The translations under genes were made by a program, and so were the position numbers. 64,000 nt of DNA from a virus. The notes below the pieces were generated by a model, which did no database searches, was not told where the DNA came from, and worked only from the letters and a program-made list of their open reading frames with translations. This document shows, piece by piece, positions 20,022 through 29,667 of the stretch (positions are counted from its first letter, which is position 1; each line of letters starts with the position of its first letter). The DNA is taken from positions 64,001 to 128,000 of IMG/VR virus record IMGVR_UViG_3300008267_000004; one strand, given 5' to 3'.

Positions 20022-20534
20022 TTATCTATTCAACCAGAACTTCCAAGTTGGGTGCAGAGAACTATCAGTAAAAGAAGTTTCTGATTCTTGAACAAATGGA
20101 AGAGACATGGGTTTGATTGGAGTTTTTAAAAGCCCCATACCAGACTCCTTCAAAGTTTGGTTTCCTTTCTTCTGGTTACATTCATAGCAACACGCCACGA
20201 CGTTTGTCCAGACGGTTTTACCACCTGTGCTTTTAGGCACAACGTGATCTAGTGTGAAGTTTTTTAGTGAAATTCGTCTTGAGCAATATTGACATCTACC
20301 TTCATCTCGAAGCCAAACATTACGACGTGAAAAACGTACAGAATTAATCTTACGCCATTTGCTGCTCTTATATACAATAACTGATGGTAGCTTCATTGTA
20401 TAAGATGGCGAACGAATTTCTTGATCATACTCACCGACTGTTAAAACTTTATCGTTAAATATTAAACCAATTGCTTTTTCCCAAGAAACAGTTCCTAGTG
20501 GTTCATAATTACAGCTTAGGGCTAAGACTCTCAT
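20022..20534 (-). CDS. HNH endonuclease (McrA-like)
   Basis: RDEGRCQYC, TLDHVVPKSTGG, NVVACCYECNQKKGN. Confidence 0.9.
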   Translation of the reverse strand: MRVLALSCNYEPLGTVSWEKAIGLIFNDKVLTVGEYDQEIRSPSYTMKLPSVIVYKSSKWRKINSVRFSRRNVWLRDEGRCQYCSRRISLKNFTLDHVVPKSTGGKTVWTNVVACCYECNQKKGNQTLKESGMGLLKTPIKPMSLPFVQESETSFTDSSLHPTWKFWLNR

Positions 20535-20545
20535 ATTTGTTTACC

Positions 20546-20767
20546 TTATTCTTGCCGCTCAGGCGGGAGAAAACTTTTGTTGATGTGTGAACACTTGCTA
20601 CAAGCAAATGTCGGGATTGGTGCATTAATCTCTTGACCACTCGGGGAAAGTAGGGCAGAAATTTGTTTAATCATGTAGACATTCACAAATGTATTATTTC
20701 CACACGATTCACAAACTAATGTTTTTGCGTTAAATAAATCTTTTTCTGTTAATCTAGGACCGTTCAT
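20546..20767 (-). CDS. Small zinc-ribbon protein
   Basis: CESC...CSKC. Confidence 0.6.
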   Translation of the reverse strand: MNGPRLTEKDLFNAKTLVCESCGNNTFVNVYMIKQISALLSPSGQEINAPIPTFACSKCSHINKSFLPPERQE

Positions 20768-20781
20768 GTTTTTCTCTTTTC

Positions 20782-21024
20782 TTATGACTCCTCTAGGAGT
20801 TCTTGTAAATTTTTCTTCATAATTGAGATATTTGCATCAAGATGATGCGTTTCAATTTTATTGTTTGATACAAACGGATTCATGTTCCAATGAACTTTAT
20901 AAAATAATCCATCAAATTTAACAATTGTACCAATAGATTGGTCAATTTTACACATACACACCATTTCGCCAATATTATGTTTTTGAGTTGAGGTTTGCTT
21001 AATCATGGTACTATAATACCACAT
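20782..21024 (-). CDS. Small SH3/KOW-like protein
   Basis: NIGEMV...IGTIV...YKVHW. Confidence 0.5.
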   Translation of the reverse strand: MWYYSTMIKQTSTQKHNIGEMVCMCKIDQSIGTIVKFDGLFYKVHWNMNPFVSNNKIETHHLDANISIMKKNLQELLEES

Positions 21025-21041
21025 ATTAATGGGCCGGTCAA
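21013..21041 (-). promoter_or_regulatory. sigma70 promoter
   Basis: TTGACC-17 bp-TATTAT with extended TG. Confidence 0.7.
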
Positions 21042-21075
21042 GAAAAAAAAATATATATTATAGGATTATAACATA

Positions 21076-21927
21076 TTATCTGTCAAAAATTATAACAACG
21101 GGATTATTTGGGTCACTTTGTTTTGTTACACCCATATTACGAACAGCTGTATCTTGCAGAGACCATCCTGATTGTTCAGCCTCCCAGAAAGCACCTAAAA
21201 TGGCTTCTGCTTCCTGTCTTGTGAACGGTTCATAATTACTTCGGGCATGAGCAAGCATAAAAAGTGTCATTTGTACTGCATCTTCTTTTGTCATATCTAA
21301 CACTTTATTTTTTCTTGCTTCACGGCGCATCTCGTCATAGAATGAAATAAGAGGACTTAAACCATCACGCGCATCAGATTCATTTCCGCGTTTTGTATAG
21401 ATAATCCATTTATCAAGCGGCATAACTTCAGCCATTTCAACAAAATGAATATCTGCCCCATCACCAGGATCAAACGATCCAAAATCATATATAGGTAGTG
21501 TATTTAAATTTGCGCTTCCTTCAAATGCTTTATCATACGCTTCTTTGTACCATTCAAGATCATCTTGAACATTTAATGAATCAGAAAATATTTTAAGCAT
21601 ATGACCATTACTCATTTTAAATACTTTACCAAATGAGCGACCTGTTACAGCTTTTTCAATTTTAAAAGATTTTAGGCAGGAGATATTGTTTATAAGACCG
21701 CGAATATTGTTAGCTTTTTCTTCTTTCTCCTCATCGCTATATTCACCAGTAAAAGCTCCAAAAACATCCCCAGCCGATCCAAATATGCTATCATAGATCA
21801 TACCAGATTGGTCACTCCAAGCTTGTTTAAAGATGATATCAAAATTGTGTTCAGCGGGAGAAGAACTATTTTCTATTAGCGATATCTGCTCTTTTATTAT
21901 TTTTAATATTTTATTTTTTATTTTCAT
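21076..21927 (-). CDS. Minimal protein-kinase-like domain protein
   Basis: GRSFGKVF, MLKIF, LPIYDFG, VEMAEV, DTAVRNMG, ends IIFDR. Confidence 0.6.
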   Translation of the reverse strand: MKIKNKILKIIKEQISLIENSSSPAEHNFDIIFKQAWSDQSGMIYDSIFGSAGDVFGAFTGEYSDEEKEEKANNIRGLINNISCLKSFKIEKAVTGRSFGKVFKMSNGHMLKIFSDSLNVQDDLEWYKEAYDKAFEGSANLNTLPIYDFGSFDPGDGADIHFVEMAEVMPLDKWIIYTKRGNESDARDGLSPLISFYDEMRREARKNKVLDMTKEDAVQMTLFMLAHARSNYEPFTRQEAEAILGAFWEAEQSGWSLQDTAVRNMGVTKQSDPNNPVVIIFDR

Positions 21928-21933
21928 CTTGTT

Positions 21934-22872
21934 TTACCTATCGAAAATAACTATTTTTGGATTGCTTACGCTGCTTTGTTTTAAAACTCCCATATTTCGA
22001 GGTGCAATATCGCTTAATTGATATCCAAGTTTAACCATATCATAAAATGCTTCTAGGATGCTAGAAGCTTCTTCGTCTGTTAATGGGCGATAGATTCCAC
22101 CACCATAATCTGGGCCTTCTTCCCCATCGTCGTCTTTTTTGCCATATAAATATGGAGAGTCGAATGTATTTACTCTTTTTTTAACATATTCTTTGATTCC
22201 ATCAATATTTTTTATATTCTCTCTATAATATGCCTCAATAAAGTAAGCTTGTAACTTAGAAACAATATCAGATCCTGGACTATCATCACTTAAGGCTCTT
22301 TTAGTTCCCTTTAGATAAATGTCTAGTGGCTCTACTTCCGCCATTTCAACATAGGCAACAAAAGCGTCTGGCATGGCTTTTAGTTTGACTTCTCCATAAT
22401 CATACACAGGTAGGGTGGTTAGTTTAGCACCCTTTTTGTGCATTAGGTCGTGGCATTTTTTATACCATTCCATATCCTCTTTAACATCTATGCCACCAAA
22501 AAATATTTTTAATATGTGCTCATTGTCGAGTTTAAATATTTTGCCGTAGGATCTGCCGGTTATAGCCTTTATTAATTTTGCATGGGTAAGTGGTTTAATT
22601 TTTTTAACTAGATCTTCCATAACCTTTGGAGCAGTTAGGGCTGCTGGAGGGTTATCATATAGATCAAAATTACCGGTTCTATCCATTTCAGAATCAATTA
22701 TAGAACTTATAATTTCATCAGAAATGTCGTCCTCTTGTGGTCCAACTCCAATTTCAAATTTACTTAGCAATAAGAAATTTAAATTCTTTTTTTGAACGTC
22801 GTTTAAATCGTTGGGTCTACTTTTTTTATCGTTCTCCAACATTCTTTTTTTAGAAATTTTTATTTTTATCAT
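21934..22872 (-). CDS. Minimal protein-kinase-like domain protein (paralog of 21076-21927)
   Basis: GRSYGKIF, ILKIF, LPVYDYG, VEMAEV, DIAPRNMG, ends VIFDR. Confidence 0.6.
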   Translation of the reverse strand: MIKIKISKKRMLENDKKSRPNDLNDVQKKNLNFLLLSKFEIGVGPQEDDISDEIISSIIDSEMDRTGNFDLYDNPPAALTAPKVMEDLVKKIKPLTHAKLIKAITGRSYGKIFKLDNEHILKIFFGGIDVKEDMEWYKKCHDLMHKKGAKLTTLPVYDYGEVKLKAMPDAFVAYVEMAEVEPLDIYLKGTKRALSDDSPGSDIVSKLQAYFIEAYYRENIKNIDGIKEYVKKRVNTFDSPYLYGKKDDDGEEGPDYGGGIYRPLTDEEASSILEAFYDMVKLGYQLSDIAPRNMGVLKQSSVSNPKIVIFDR

Positions 22873-22879
22873 ATTTTAA

Positions 22880-23077
22880 TTAGTCCTTATCCATCTTATC
22901 AAGCAAATTCTTTCTTAGATTTTCTACCTCTTCTTCTGTGTATGATCCATAGAATCGGTGACAGTACCACTCAACAAGATATTTGCTGCTGTAATGATCT
23001 TTAGAGATTGCTATAATCATCCCTAAACAATCGTATAGTGAGTATACGAGGGTGCCTATTTTGTATTTATTATACAC
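22880..23077 (-). CDS. Small SH3/KOW-like protein
   Basis: YKIGTLV...LGMII...YLVEW. Confidence 0.5.
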   Translation of the reverse strand: MYNKYKIGTLVYSLYDCLGMIIAISKDHYSSKYLVEWYCHRFYGSYTEEEVENLRKNLLDKMDKD

Positions 23078-23101
23078 AAAATAATTAGTTTTTTAGGCAA
23101 T

Positions 23102-23146
23102 AAAAAACCCAAGTTACCGGATTTTAACCAGCGACTTGGGTTTTTT
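23102..23146. terminator. Bidirectional intrinsic terminator
   Basis: AAAAAACCCAAGT...ACTTGGGTTTTTT inverted repeat. Confidence 0.75.
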
Positions 23147-23162
23147 ATTTATAAAATTTATA

Positions 23163-23642
23163 TTATACCGCATATAGTGCTTTGATGCGATCTAGAAGTT
23201 TTTTACGACTTTCTGGTGGGAAAGGCTCAAGAGCGTCGTTGCCTACTGCTAGGTTTCTAGCGTAAAACATGCCTAGTCCTCTTGCAGCGTTGGTAGGATC
23301 TTTGTAATATGCGTTAGCTTGTTGCACTGATTGATCACCGATCATGTTTTCTAGGTATCCAAATATTTTTGTTAATCCGCTAACTAGCGTTTTAGAATTT
23401 GGACTACCTGGTGGTGTTACCTTCATAAAATCAGCATGTTGTTTAAACATATTTCCTAGATCTGGAATTGGGTTCTTTCCTTGCAAACCTTTAAAATCGT
23501 ATTCGTTTTTATTGATTTCTGATAATTTCTCGGCTATGAATTCTAACTCTTTTACGATAGAGTTCATCTCGCCTGAACTATCTACCTCTCTCTGTAATTC
23601 TTCCGCGATTACTCTTCTTAAAAACTCTCTTGTAATTTTCAT
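23163..23642 (-). CDS. Hypothetical protein with MKITREFLRRVIAEE leader
   Basis: N-terminal motif shared with several genes in the window. Confidence 0.65.
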   Translation of the reverse strand: MKITREFLRRVIAEELQREVDSSGEMNSIVKELEFIAEKLSEINKNEYDFKGLQGKNPIPDLGNMFKQHADFMKVTPPGSPNSKTLVSGLTKIFGYLENMIGDQSVQQANAYYKDPTNAARGLGMFYARNLAVGNDALEPFPPESRKKLLDRIKALYAV

Positions 23643-23865
23643 GTTTTTTTCCCCATTTTTCTGTGGTACAGTTTACCAGTAAGTAGTTAATTGAAAACTA
23701 AAAAGTTTCAAAAAATGACCCGCGATATATTTTTGACCTAGGCGCGTTATTATATGAAAATAGTAATCACGGTAGACATACTTTCCGTATATATACCACC
23801 ATGAGGGTAGGGGGAGGGGAAGTCCCCCTTCTACCCCTAGAAGTTTTTTAGCGATAGCAATAACA

Positions 23866-24273
23866 TTAAAACAGCTGTCGATAGAAGCTCATTGTTTCAT
23901 TTGCTAAGAGTTCACGCTGCTTATCAGGCAAAGTATCCTCAAGCAAACTAACCGTATCCGATGCAGCTGCAAACGTATTAGACCACCGAGCAATCTCGTT
24001 GCTCTGCTCAACAGTATTGCATGGACCGCTGTCGGGATCAGTATAGTCTGCAAAGCGTCTAGCTAGATGTGCAACAGCACGCTGCAAGCTGTAAACATTT
24101 TGATACTCATCGCGATCACTCCACACAGCTGATCGAATGATCGAGGCAGTCTGGTGACAAAAAGTATCACCACTCAAACTCCAATCCTCGTTGAGTCTAA
24201 CCAGCTGAATCTTTGCCGTGTCAAACAAGTGTTGCGCCTTTGCACTCATTAGTCCATCTCCTTTGGTTCGCAC
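23866..24273 (-). CDS. Hypothetical early protein
   Basis: ORF in the GC-richer block (likely start MSAKAQ). Confidence 0.55.
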   Translation of the reverse strand: MRTKGDGLMSAKAQHLFDTAKIQLVRLNEDWSLSGDTFCHQTASIIRSAVWSDRDEYQNVYSLQRAVAHLARRFADYTDPDSGPCNTVEQSNEIARWSNTFAAASDTVSLLEDTLPDKQRELLANETMSFYRQLF

Positions 24274-24794
24274 CGCTTACAGTACCGTGCAACAATACAC
24301 CCACCCAGGTACTGAGTGAGTACCCAGGTGAATCTAGCACAGGTATCACATTGACCCCGCTCCTTGCTATAGCTTATCTGATCATCCCCCATTACCCTAC
24401 TACCTCCGTGGTAACTCCTACGATCAAAGCAACTACCGCAAACCAGACTGTCAACGCGATCATATCTACCCCAGTTCAAAAATGTAAACAACCCAGAACG
24501 CAGCAACCACTACAGCTGCCAAACCAACCGCAGTCAAAGCCTCGATAACAACTTCCTTATTAATCACGCGGCACCTCGATTGCCTTATAAACCATCTTGC
24601 CAAACGCCCAGCTAACTCCAAGCATCATTGACGCAATCAGTACACCTGCCATCATCGCCTCGCATTCTTATCAAGCATCATATACCAGAGAGCAACGCAA
24701 TCCTTTTCGCTCACCTTGCACTCCTTTTCTGCTACACAGTTTGTTAGGGTTACAACCGCCAAAACGGCGGCTAGCACACGCTTCATTTCCTTAG

Positions 24795-25052
24795 TTACTC
24801 CGAACGCGAAAGGGTATACCAATCAACATAACCCTTCTTGATTTCCCCATATGTCTTGGGGTCCAGCTTACGCAGCGAATGCAGTCGATCACTTGCAATC
24901 GTGCGCTGCTTTGTAAGTTCACGCTCCAGCTCCTCGATGCGAGCAATCGCGTACTTGTGGTCAACCTTCGCCTTTTCTAGCTTCTCATGCTTCGTCATTT
25001 TACTGCTCCCGATTAAAGGTTTGAATAACTTCCGCCTCGATGCCTTCCTCAT
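24795..25052 (-). CDS. Small coiled-coil hypothetical protein
   Basis: Likely start MTKHEKLE. Confidence 0.55.
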   Translation of the reverse strand: MRKASRRKLFKPLIGSSKMTKHEKLEKAKVDHKYAIARIEELERELTKQRTIASDRLHSLRKLDPKTYGEIKKGYVDWYTLSRSE

Positions 25053-25167
25053 ACAGATCTGCGATTGTCACTTCACCACTTGTCAAACGCTCATATTGAT
25101 CGTCCGAGAGTGTAACAATGTCCGCACAGATATCCCAAGTGCCGTCACTCAGTGCTACGATTCGCAT
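25000..25167 (-). CDS. Small acidic hypothetical protein
   Basis: MRIVALSDGTW..., SD GGAG upstream. Confidence 0.5.
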   Translation of the reverse strand: MRIVALSDGTWDICADIVTLSDDQYERLTSGEVTIADLYEEGIEAEVIQTFNREQ

Positions 25168-25243
25168 TACTTTCTCCTTTTTTCCAGTTACCCGTTGCGC
25201 CATGCGGGCGGCTGGAAACCGCCCGAACGGGTTAGTTTGTTTG

Positions 25244-25621
25244 CTACTTGGTCTTGCGATTAGAAGCAGCAACCTTCTTCTTCTCGCACTCGGCGTTATA
25301 CCGAGCAACCAGAGCATGAGCAGTCTCAACCATCTTTGCATCACCGTTGCCATTAGCAACTGCCGTGATGAAAGCGACCATATCGGCCTTGAGAGAATCC
25401 TTCACCTTAGCCTTAGAAGTCTTAACAACCTCACCAGCAGGGAAGAAACCACCATCGGTTCCCTTAGTCGAAACAATCTGACCCTTATCCTTAGCGGTCT
25501 TAATGTCCTTCTTCGAGAATCCACCGACGTACTCAATCGCACCAACAGGGCAACCACGACCCTCCTTGGCATTGAAAGCACGAACGAACTCAACGATAGA
25601 GGTAGCCATTTTATTTCCCAT
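25244..25621 (-). CDS. Small basic winged-helix-like protein (paralog 1)
   Basis: FVRAFNAKEGRGCPVGAIEYVGGFSK...STKGTDGGFF, highly similar to 27614-28000. Confidence 0.65.
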   Translation of the reverse strand: MGNKMATSIVEFVRAFNAKEGRGCPVGAIEYVGGFSKKDIKTAKDKGQIVSTKGTDGGFFPAGEVVKTSKAKVKDSLKADMVAFITAVANGNGDAKMVETAHALVARYNAECEKKKVAASNRKTK

Positions 25622-25795
25622 TCCTTCTGACGGTCAAACCGTCTTTGAGTGATAGGTTCAAGGGAACCATTCCCTCTCACCAACTTACAGGACAGAGTGT
25701 ACCACGACCGGGTTGTGAAGTCCAGTACAAAGAAACACTCACCTTAGAACTTTCGCTGCGCCTTGGGCGGCTGGATTTCACCGCCAGCGAACCTT

Positions 25796-25972
25796 CTATG
25801 TCTCAGCGTCGAACTTCACTCGACGCATCTCGCGGTGATACATACGCTTGAGGTCGCGGACCCACTTGCGAACCCCGCGCTTTCCGCGAGCAATCGTGTG
25901 ACCATCAATCTTGACGTGAATGGTCCAACGCTCGTTCTTCATTCCCTCGACACCACGCTTGAAATCCTTCAT
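25796..25972 (-). CDS. Small basic hypothetical protein (58 aa)
   Basis: Manual translation MKDFKRGVEGMKNERWTIHVK...DAET*. Confidence 0.5.
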   Translation of the reverse strand: MKDFKRGVEGMKNERWTIHVKIDGHTIARGKRGVRKWVRDLKRMYHREMRRVKFDAET

Positions 25973-26089
25973 TCCTACTCCTTGATCTTGAGGTTGATTG
26001 AAAGTCCGAAAACAAATCCCAGCGAGAGGCTGGCAATCCCAATGCAGACCATTTGCACGATAATCATATCTTCCATGCTCTTTCCTTTC

Positions 26090-26473
26090 TTACCGCTTAC
26101 CCATGAGGAAAGCGGTGGTTGCATTGACGTTGCTTGCCTTGATCCGAGTGATACCGTTTGCCTTAGCAGTAACGGCGGCTGACTTCCGCATTTCAGCGGG
26201 GATTCCAGTCTGACGCTCAAGTTCCATACCCAGATACTCATTCCAGATAAGCAACTTGCGAGTCTCGCGGGTATCACCAAGCTCAAAACCCAGAGCGTTG
26301 AGCTTTTCACCCTCACGACGCAGCACGGCATTGTTCTTGCCAATGTGCGACATGATCGCGTTTCGCGTAAGCAGTCGAGCCTTACGCATAGTCTGGATCG
26401 TGTTACGAATCTCATTCACCAGAGTTTCAATCTCGTTCTGCGTCATAGTCTCAACCGTCATTTGATTCCTCAT
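26090..26473 (-). CDS. Hypothetical early protein
   Basis: SD plus ORF downstream of a promoter-like -10. Confidence 0.65.
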   Translation of the reverse strand: MRNQMTVETMTQNEIETLVNEIRNTIQTMRKARLLTRNAIMSHIGKNNAVLRREGEKLNALGFELGDTRETRKLLIWNEYLGMELERQTGIPAEMRKSAAVTAKANGITRIKASNVNATTAFLMGKR

Positions 26474-26880
26474 TCCTTATTGTTGGGAGGGACCATTCCC
26501 TCTCTCAACCTTACCTGCACATTCTACCACAAGACCCCATGCCTTGGAAGCGACTGTCAGTAAAACCGACCCACTATTAAACTCGACAGTTAGAGCAAAG
26601 ATCCGAGTTTAGTACTATCCCAAGGATAGCGGCGGCTGGGGCCTTTCGTGCATCCACCAGCGCGTCGATGATGTGTGTATATTACACCAAGTCGGTCGAG
26701 AACGGAAGAGACTGAGAGTGAGATTGACCCACTTTAAAACAACATCGTTAGAGTTAACTTCTGGACACATGGGCGGCGGCGGGCAACCTCTATCCCTAGA
26801 ATATCCAACATTTAACACTTGGGATAGAGTGCCAGCCCCCGCCTCTATTGATAGAACTAACTATCATCGAGGCTCTAGCG

Positions 26881-27117
26881 TTAGAGGAACTCGTTGCTTG
26901 TATCATACCAATCCGCATTGGGATCAGTATCATCTTCCTCTTCCTCGGTATCATCATCGAGGGTTTCCTCGTCCTCGACAATAAACTCGTTTGCGTGTGC
27001 CATATCCGCAACGTCGTCCTCGGACATATACTTGAGGCACGCATTGATTACCGTGTCACGGTCGAGGATTCCATCCTCAATCATCTCCAGAATCGTGTTT
27101 GTTACCTTGCGAGTCAT
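26881..27117 (-). CDS. Small acidic protein
   Basis: D/E-rich C-terminal half. Confidence 0.65.
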   Translation of the reverse strand: MTRKVTNTILEMIEDGILDRDTVINACLKYMSEDDVADMAHANEFIVEDEETLDDDTEEEEDDTDPNADWYDTSNEFL

Positions 27118-27329
27118 TATTCATCCCTTTCGTCAACCGTGACGGTTGCAATCTCAATCCTGGACGTATCGTGTCCAAAGTACAACCAAGCAGAATCGCC
27201 GTCGTACTTGTATTCACTCATGTCATACCTGCGCTCGACAAACGCCTTTGCCTTCTCATACGTCGAGAAAAGAGCAACCGTCTGCTCGCCCTGATATGCT
27301 TCAACATCCAAAACCGCGTAAACGTCCAT
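27117..27329 (-). CDS. Hypothetical protein
   Basis: Translationally coupled ORF. Confidence 0.6.
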   Translation of the reverse strand: MDVYAVLDVEAYQGEQTVALFSTYEKAKAFVERRYDMSEYKYDGDSAWLYFGHDTSRIEIATVTVDERDE

Positions 27330-27544
27330 TACCCACGCTCCACATTAAAAGTGTTTGACCAAGGATTCTCGTTTGTCCACTGATCCCAAAGCTGCCGAGT
27401 ATTGAGCAAAACATCGTCGCCATCATTAGCGTCGAGCATCTCGCGAGTAATACCAAGCACCTGCATCTCGTGCGTTTCGCAAAGCACAGCAGATGGAGCA
27501 AAAGTCTTTTCACCACAAGTAGCACAACCGAAAGTCTGCATCAT
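27329..27544 (-). CDS. Small Cys/His-containing hypothetical protein
   Basis: CATC...LCETH; SD AAGGAG. Confidence 0.6.
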   Translation of the reverse strand: MMQTFGCATCGEKTFAPSAVLCETHEMQVLGITREMLDANDGDDVLLNTRQLWDQWTNENPWSNTFNVERG

Positions 27545-27613
27545 ATCTCCTTTTAAGTATTAACCCGTTGCGCCGTGCCGGGGGCTGGTTTGCCCCCGGA
27601 ACCGGGTTATATG

Positions 27614-28000
27614 CTAGTCGTCCGACTTGCGGCGCTTCGCGTTCTGCGCGTCGTAATCACGCAGAATCGCCTTTGCCTGCTCGACGGTATCCGCATCGAG
27701 CGTCTGACCAACCGACAGCATACGCATAAACGCAGCCATCTGATTCTTAACGGTTGCCTTCACAACCGGACCCTTTGCAACCGGCTTTGCACCAGCAACA
27801 AAGAAACCACCTTCCGAACCCTTGCCGGATTCCAGCTTACCGCTCGACTTTGCGGCCTTAATCTCGGCCTTCGAGAATCCGCCAACATACTCGATTGCAC
27901 CCATCGGGCAACCGCGATTCTCGTTAGCGTTGAACTTCCGAACGAAAGCAACAATCGCCTCCATCTTAGAAGCCGAAACCGTACCATTAGCCTTAGCCAT
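27614..28000 (-). CDS. Small basic winged-helix-like protein (paralog 2)
   Basis: FVRKFNANENRGCPMGAIEYVGGFSK...SGKGSEGGFF. Confidence 0.65.
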   Translation of the reverse strand: MAKANGTVSASKMEAIVAFVRKFNANENRGCPMGAIEYVGGFSKAEIKAAKSSGKLESGKGSEGGFFVAGAKPVAKGPVVKATVKNQMAAFMRMLSVGQTLDADTVEQAKAILRDYDAQNAKRRKSDD

Positions 28001-28070
28001 TGTCTTTCCTTACTTTCTGCGGGAAACCCGCATTGTTGGAGGCATTATTGCCTCTCAACCTTACCTGCAC

Positions 28071-28099
28071 ATTCTACCACAGCACCGCGCTGCGGTCAA
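28071..28099 (-). promoter_or_regulatory. sigma70 promoter
   Basis: TTGACC-17 bp-TAGAAT with TG extension. Confidence 0.75.
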
Positions 28100-28276
28100 G
28101 AACAAAAAAACACTCTCTTTAGAACCTTCTCTTTTGTGTTGACCGCTTCACTTGCAGCGCGTCAACCTTACCAACACATTCTATCATGGGTCGCGCCGAG
28201 GGTCCAGAGACTAGCTGTGAACCCGACCCACTACTAAACCAGCTCTTTAGAGTAGCTGGGAGTGAACCCACTTTCA

Positions 28277-28468
28277 CTACCGGGGACGGTTCATTGCCCA
28301 CGTATTGTAGAGATTGAAAGCGTCCTCATACTCGCGGACATAGAAAATCCGCATATCCTCAACAAAGAGTTCCATATCGACAGAATCGACAAAGAAATCC
28401 CAACCATTCGCATAGTTGGCCTTTGCGTGACCGAGGATATCATTGTACCAAGTTTCGAGAATCGTCAT
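28277..28468 (-). CDS. Hypothetical protein
   Basis: MTILETWYND..., SD upstream. Confidence 0.55.
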   Translation of the reverse strand: MTILETWYNDILGHAKANYANGWDFFVDSVDMELFVEDMRIFYVREYEDAFNLYNTWAMNRPR

Positions 28469-28591
28469 TCTTTCTTCCTTTTGTTTCCCGGTGGGGTCAT
28501 TCCCAACCATCGAACAGGTTCGATTATACCGCAAGACGTGCCAGAACACCAGAGACTGACAGTGTACTCAACCCACTATTAAACTCGGTCT

Positions 28592-28771
28592 TTAGAAGCT
28601 GTCACTGTGAGTGTTACCATCTTCACTCCAGATATTCCATGAATAAACAGGACCATCCCAAGTATCATTGTCAAACTTGACAATCCAGCGATCACCAAAA
28701 CCGCTCACAACAATGCCAGTTCCATTGATTCGCGTCGAGATTCGCATTCCGATCTTGATATTGTTTGTCAT
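28592..28771 (-). CDS. Small SH3-like protein (59 aa, below track cutoff)
   Basis: MTNNIKIGMRISTRINGTGIVV...WIVKFD. Confidence 0.5.
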   Translation of the reverse strand: MTNNIKIGMRISTRINGTGIVVSGFGDRWIVKFDNDTWDGPVYSWNIWSEDGNTHSDSF

Positions 28772-29257
28772 TGTTTTATTCCTTCTTTATTGTGAGGTTC
28801 ATTCCTCATCAACTTATAGACCTATTGTACCAGAACCACAGAAAACCACAAGCGACCAGGAGTGGAATCGACCCACAAAGAAACAACATGGTTAGAGCAA
28901 AGCGGCACCCACACTACCAGCGAAGCCTCGAGACACCAGGAGTGAAACGGCGGCTGGTTTACTCTATCCGTAGGATATAGGCGGCTGGCTTTGCCCACAC
29001 TCGCCACTCTCAGTAGTTTATCACAGATTCCCCACCCACACCAGCGACCCTGTGTGAAGTGGACAGGGAATCAAACACTACGGATAGAACCAGCCGCCTG
29101 TGTAATCGGTTTGACTGGCAGTGCGTGTGTTTACCTTATTCACCCGCAGCATATCTGTTTGCTGTTGAACACTGTGTAAGGGACTTCACCAACCGTGTTC
29201 TCTGATACTGGGATATCCTAAGTAATCAGTTTCTAGCTATATAGGTAACAGGGTTTA

Positions 29258-29446
29258 TCATGCATATGCTGGAACTAGTTTACCCATGCACATTTCACTA
29301 ACATATACAGTAACTTCCTTGCCTGTACGATTTACATAATTCTGGGATATAGTCCATGCTTCTTCATCATTTGAAGCTAATATAGCTTGTACATACTCGC
29401 GTCTGCTTTTATCTTTATCTGCTGTTTTCAGAACATAGCATACCAT
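29258..29446 (-). CDS. Hypothetical protein
   Basis: ORF with SD. Confidence 0.5.
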   Translation of the reverse strand: MVCYVLKTADKDKSRREYVQAILASNDEEAWTISQNYVNRTGKEVTVYVSEMCMGKLVPAYA

Positions 29447-29667
29447 GTTTAAATCCCCTTATAAAGCTGCCCTTTAATATCCACCATTTAGCTTATCGGT
29501 TACAATCTCAATTGCCAGGTTATCATAATAGATCTTTACGATTTTGTTTTTTGTTTTCTCCCCACTTTCGACAATTACGGTTAGCGTTGGTTTAGTGTTC
29601 TTTACGGTATACACGGCATATCCTTTATATTGTTAAGTTACCCATATGGACCACAAATGCATCTTGC

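Noticed and set aside
23733-23761. Plus-strand promoter (TTGACC)
   Set aside because: No acceptable -10 hexamer at 16-18 bp
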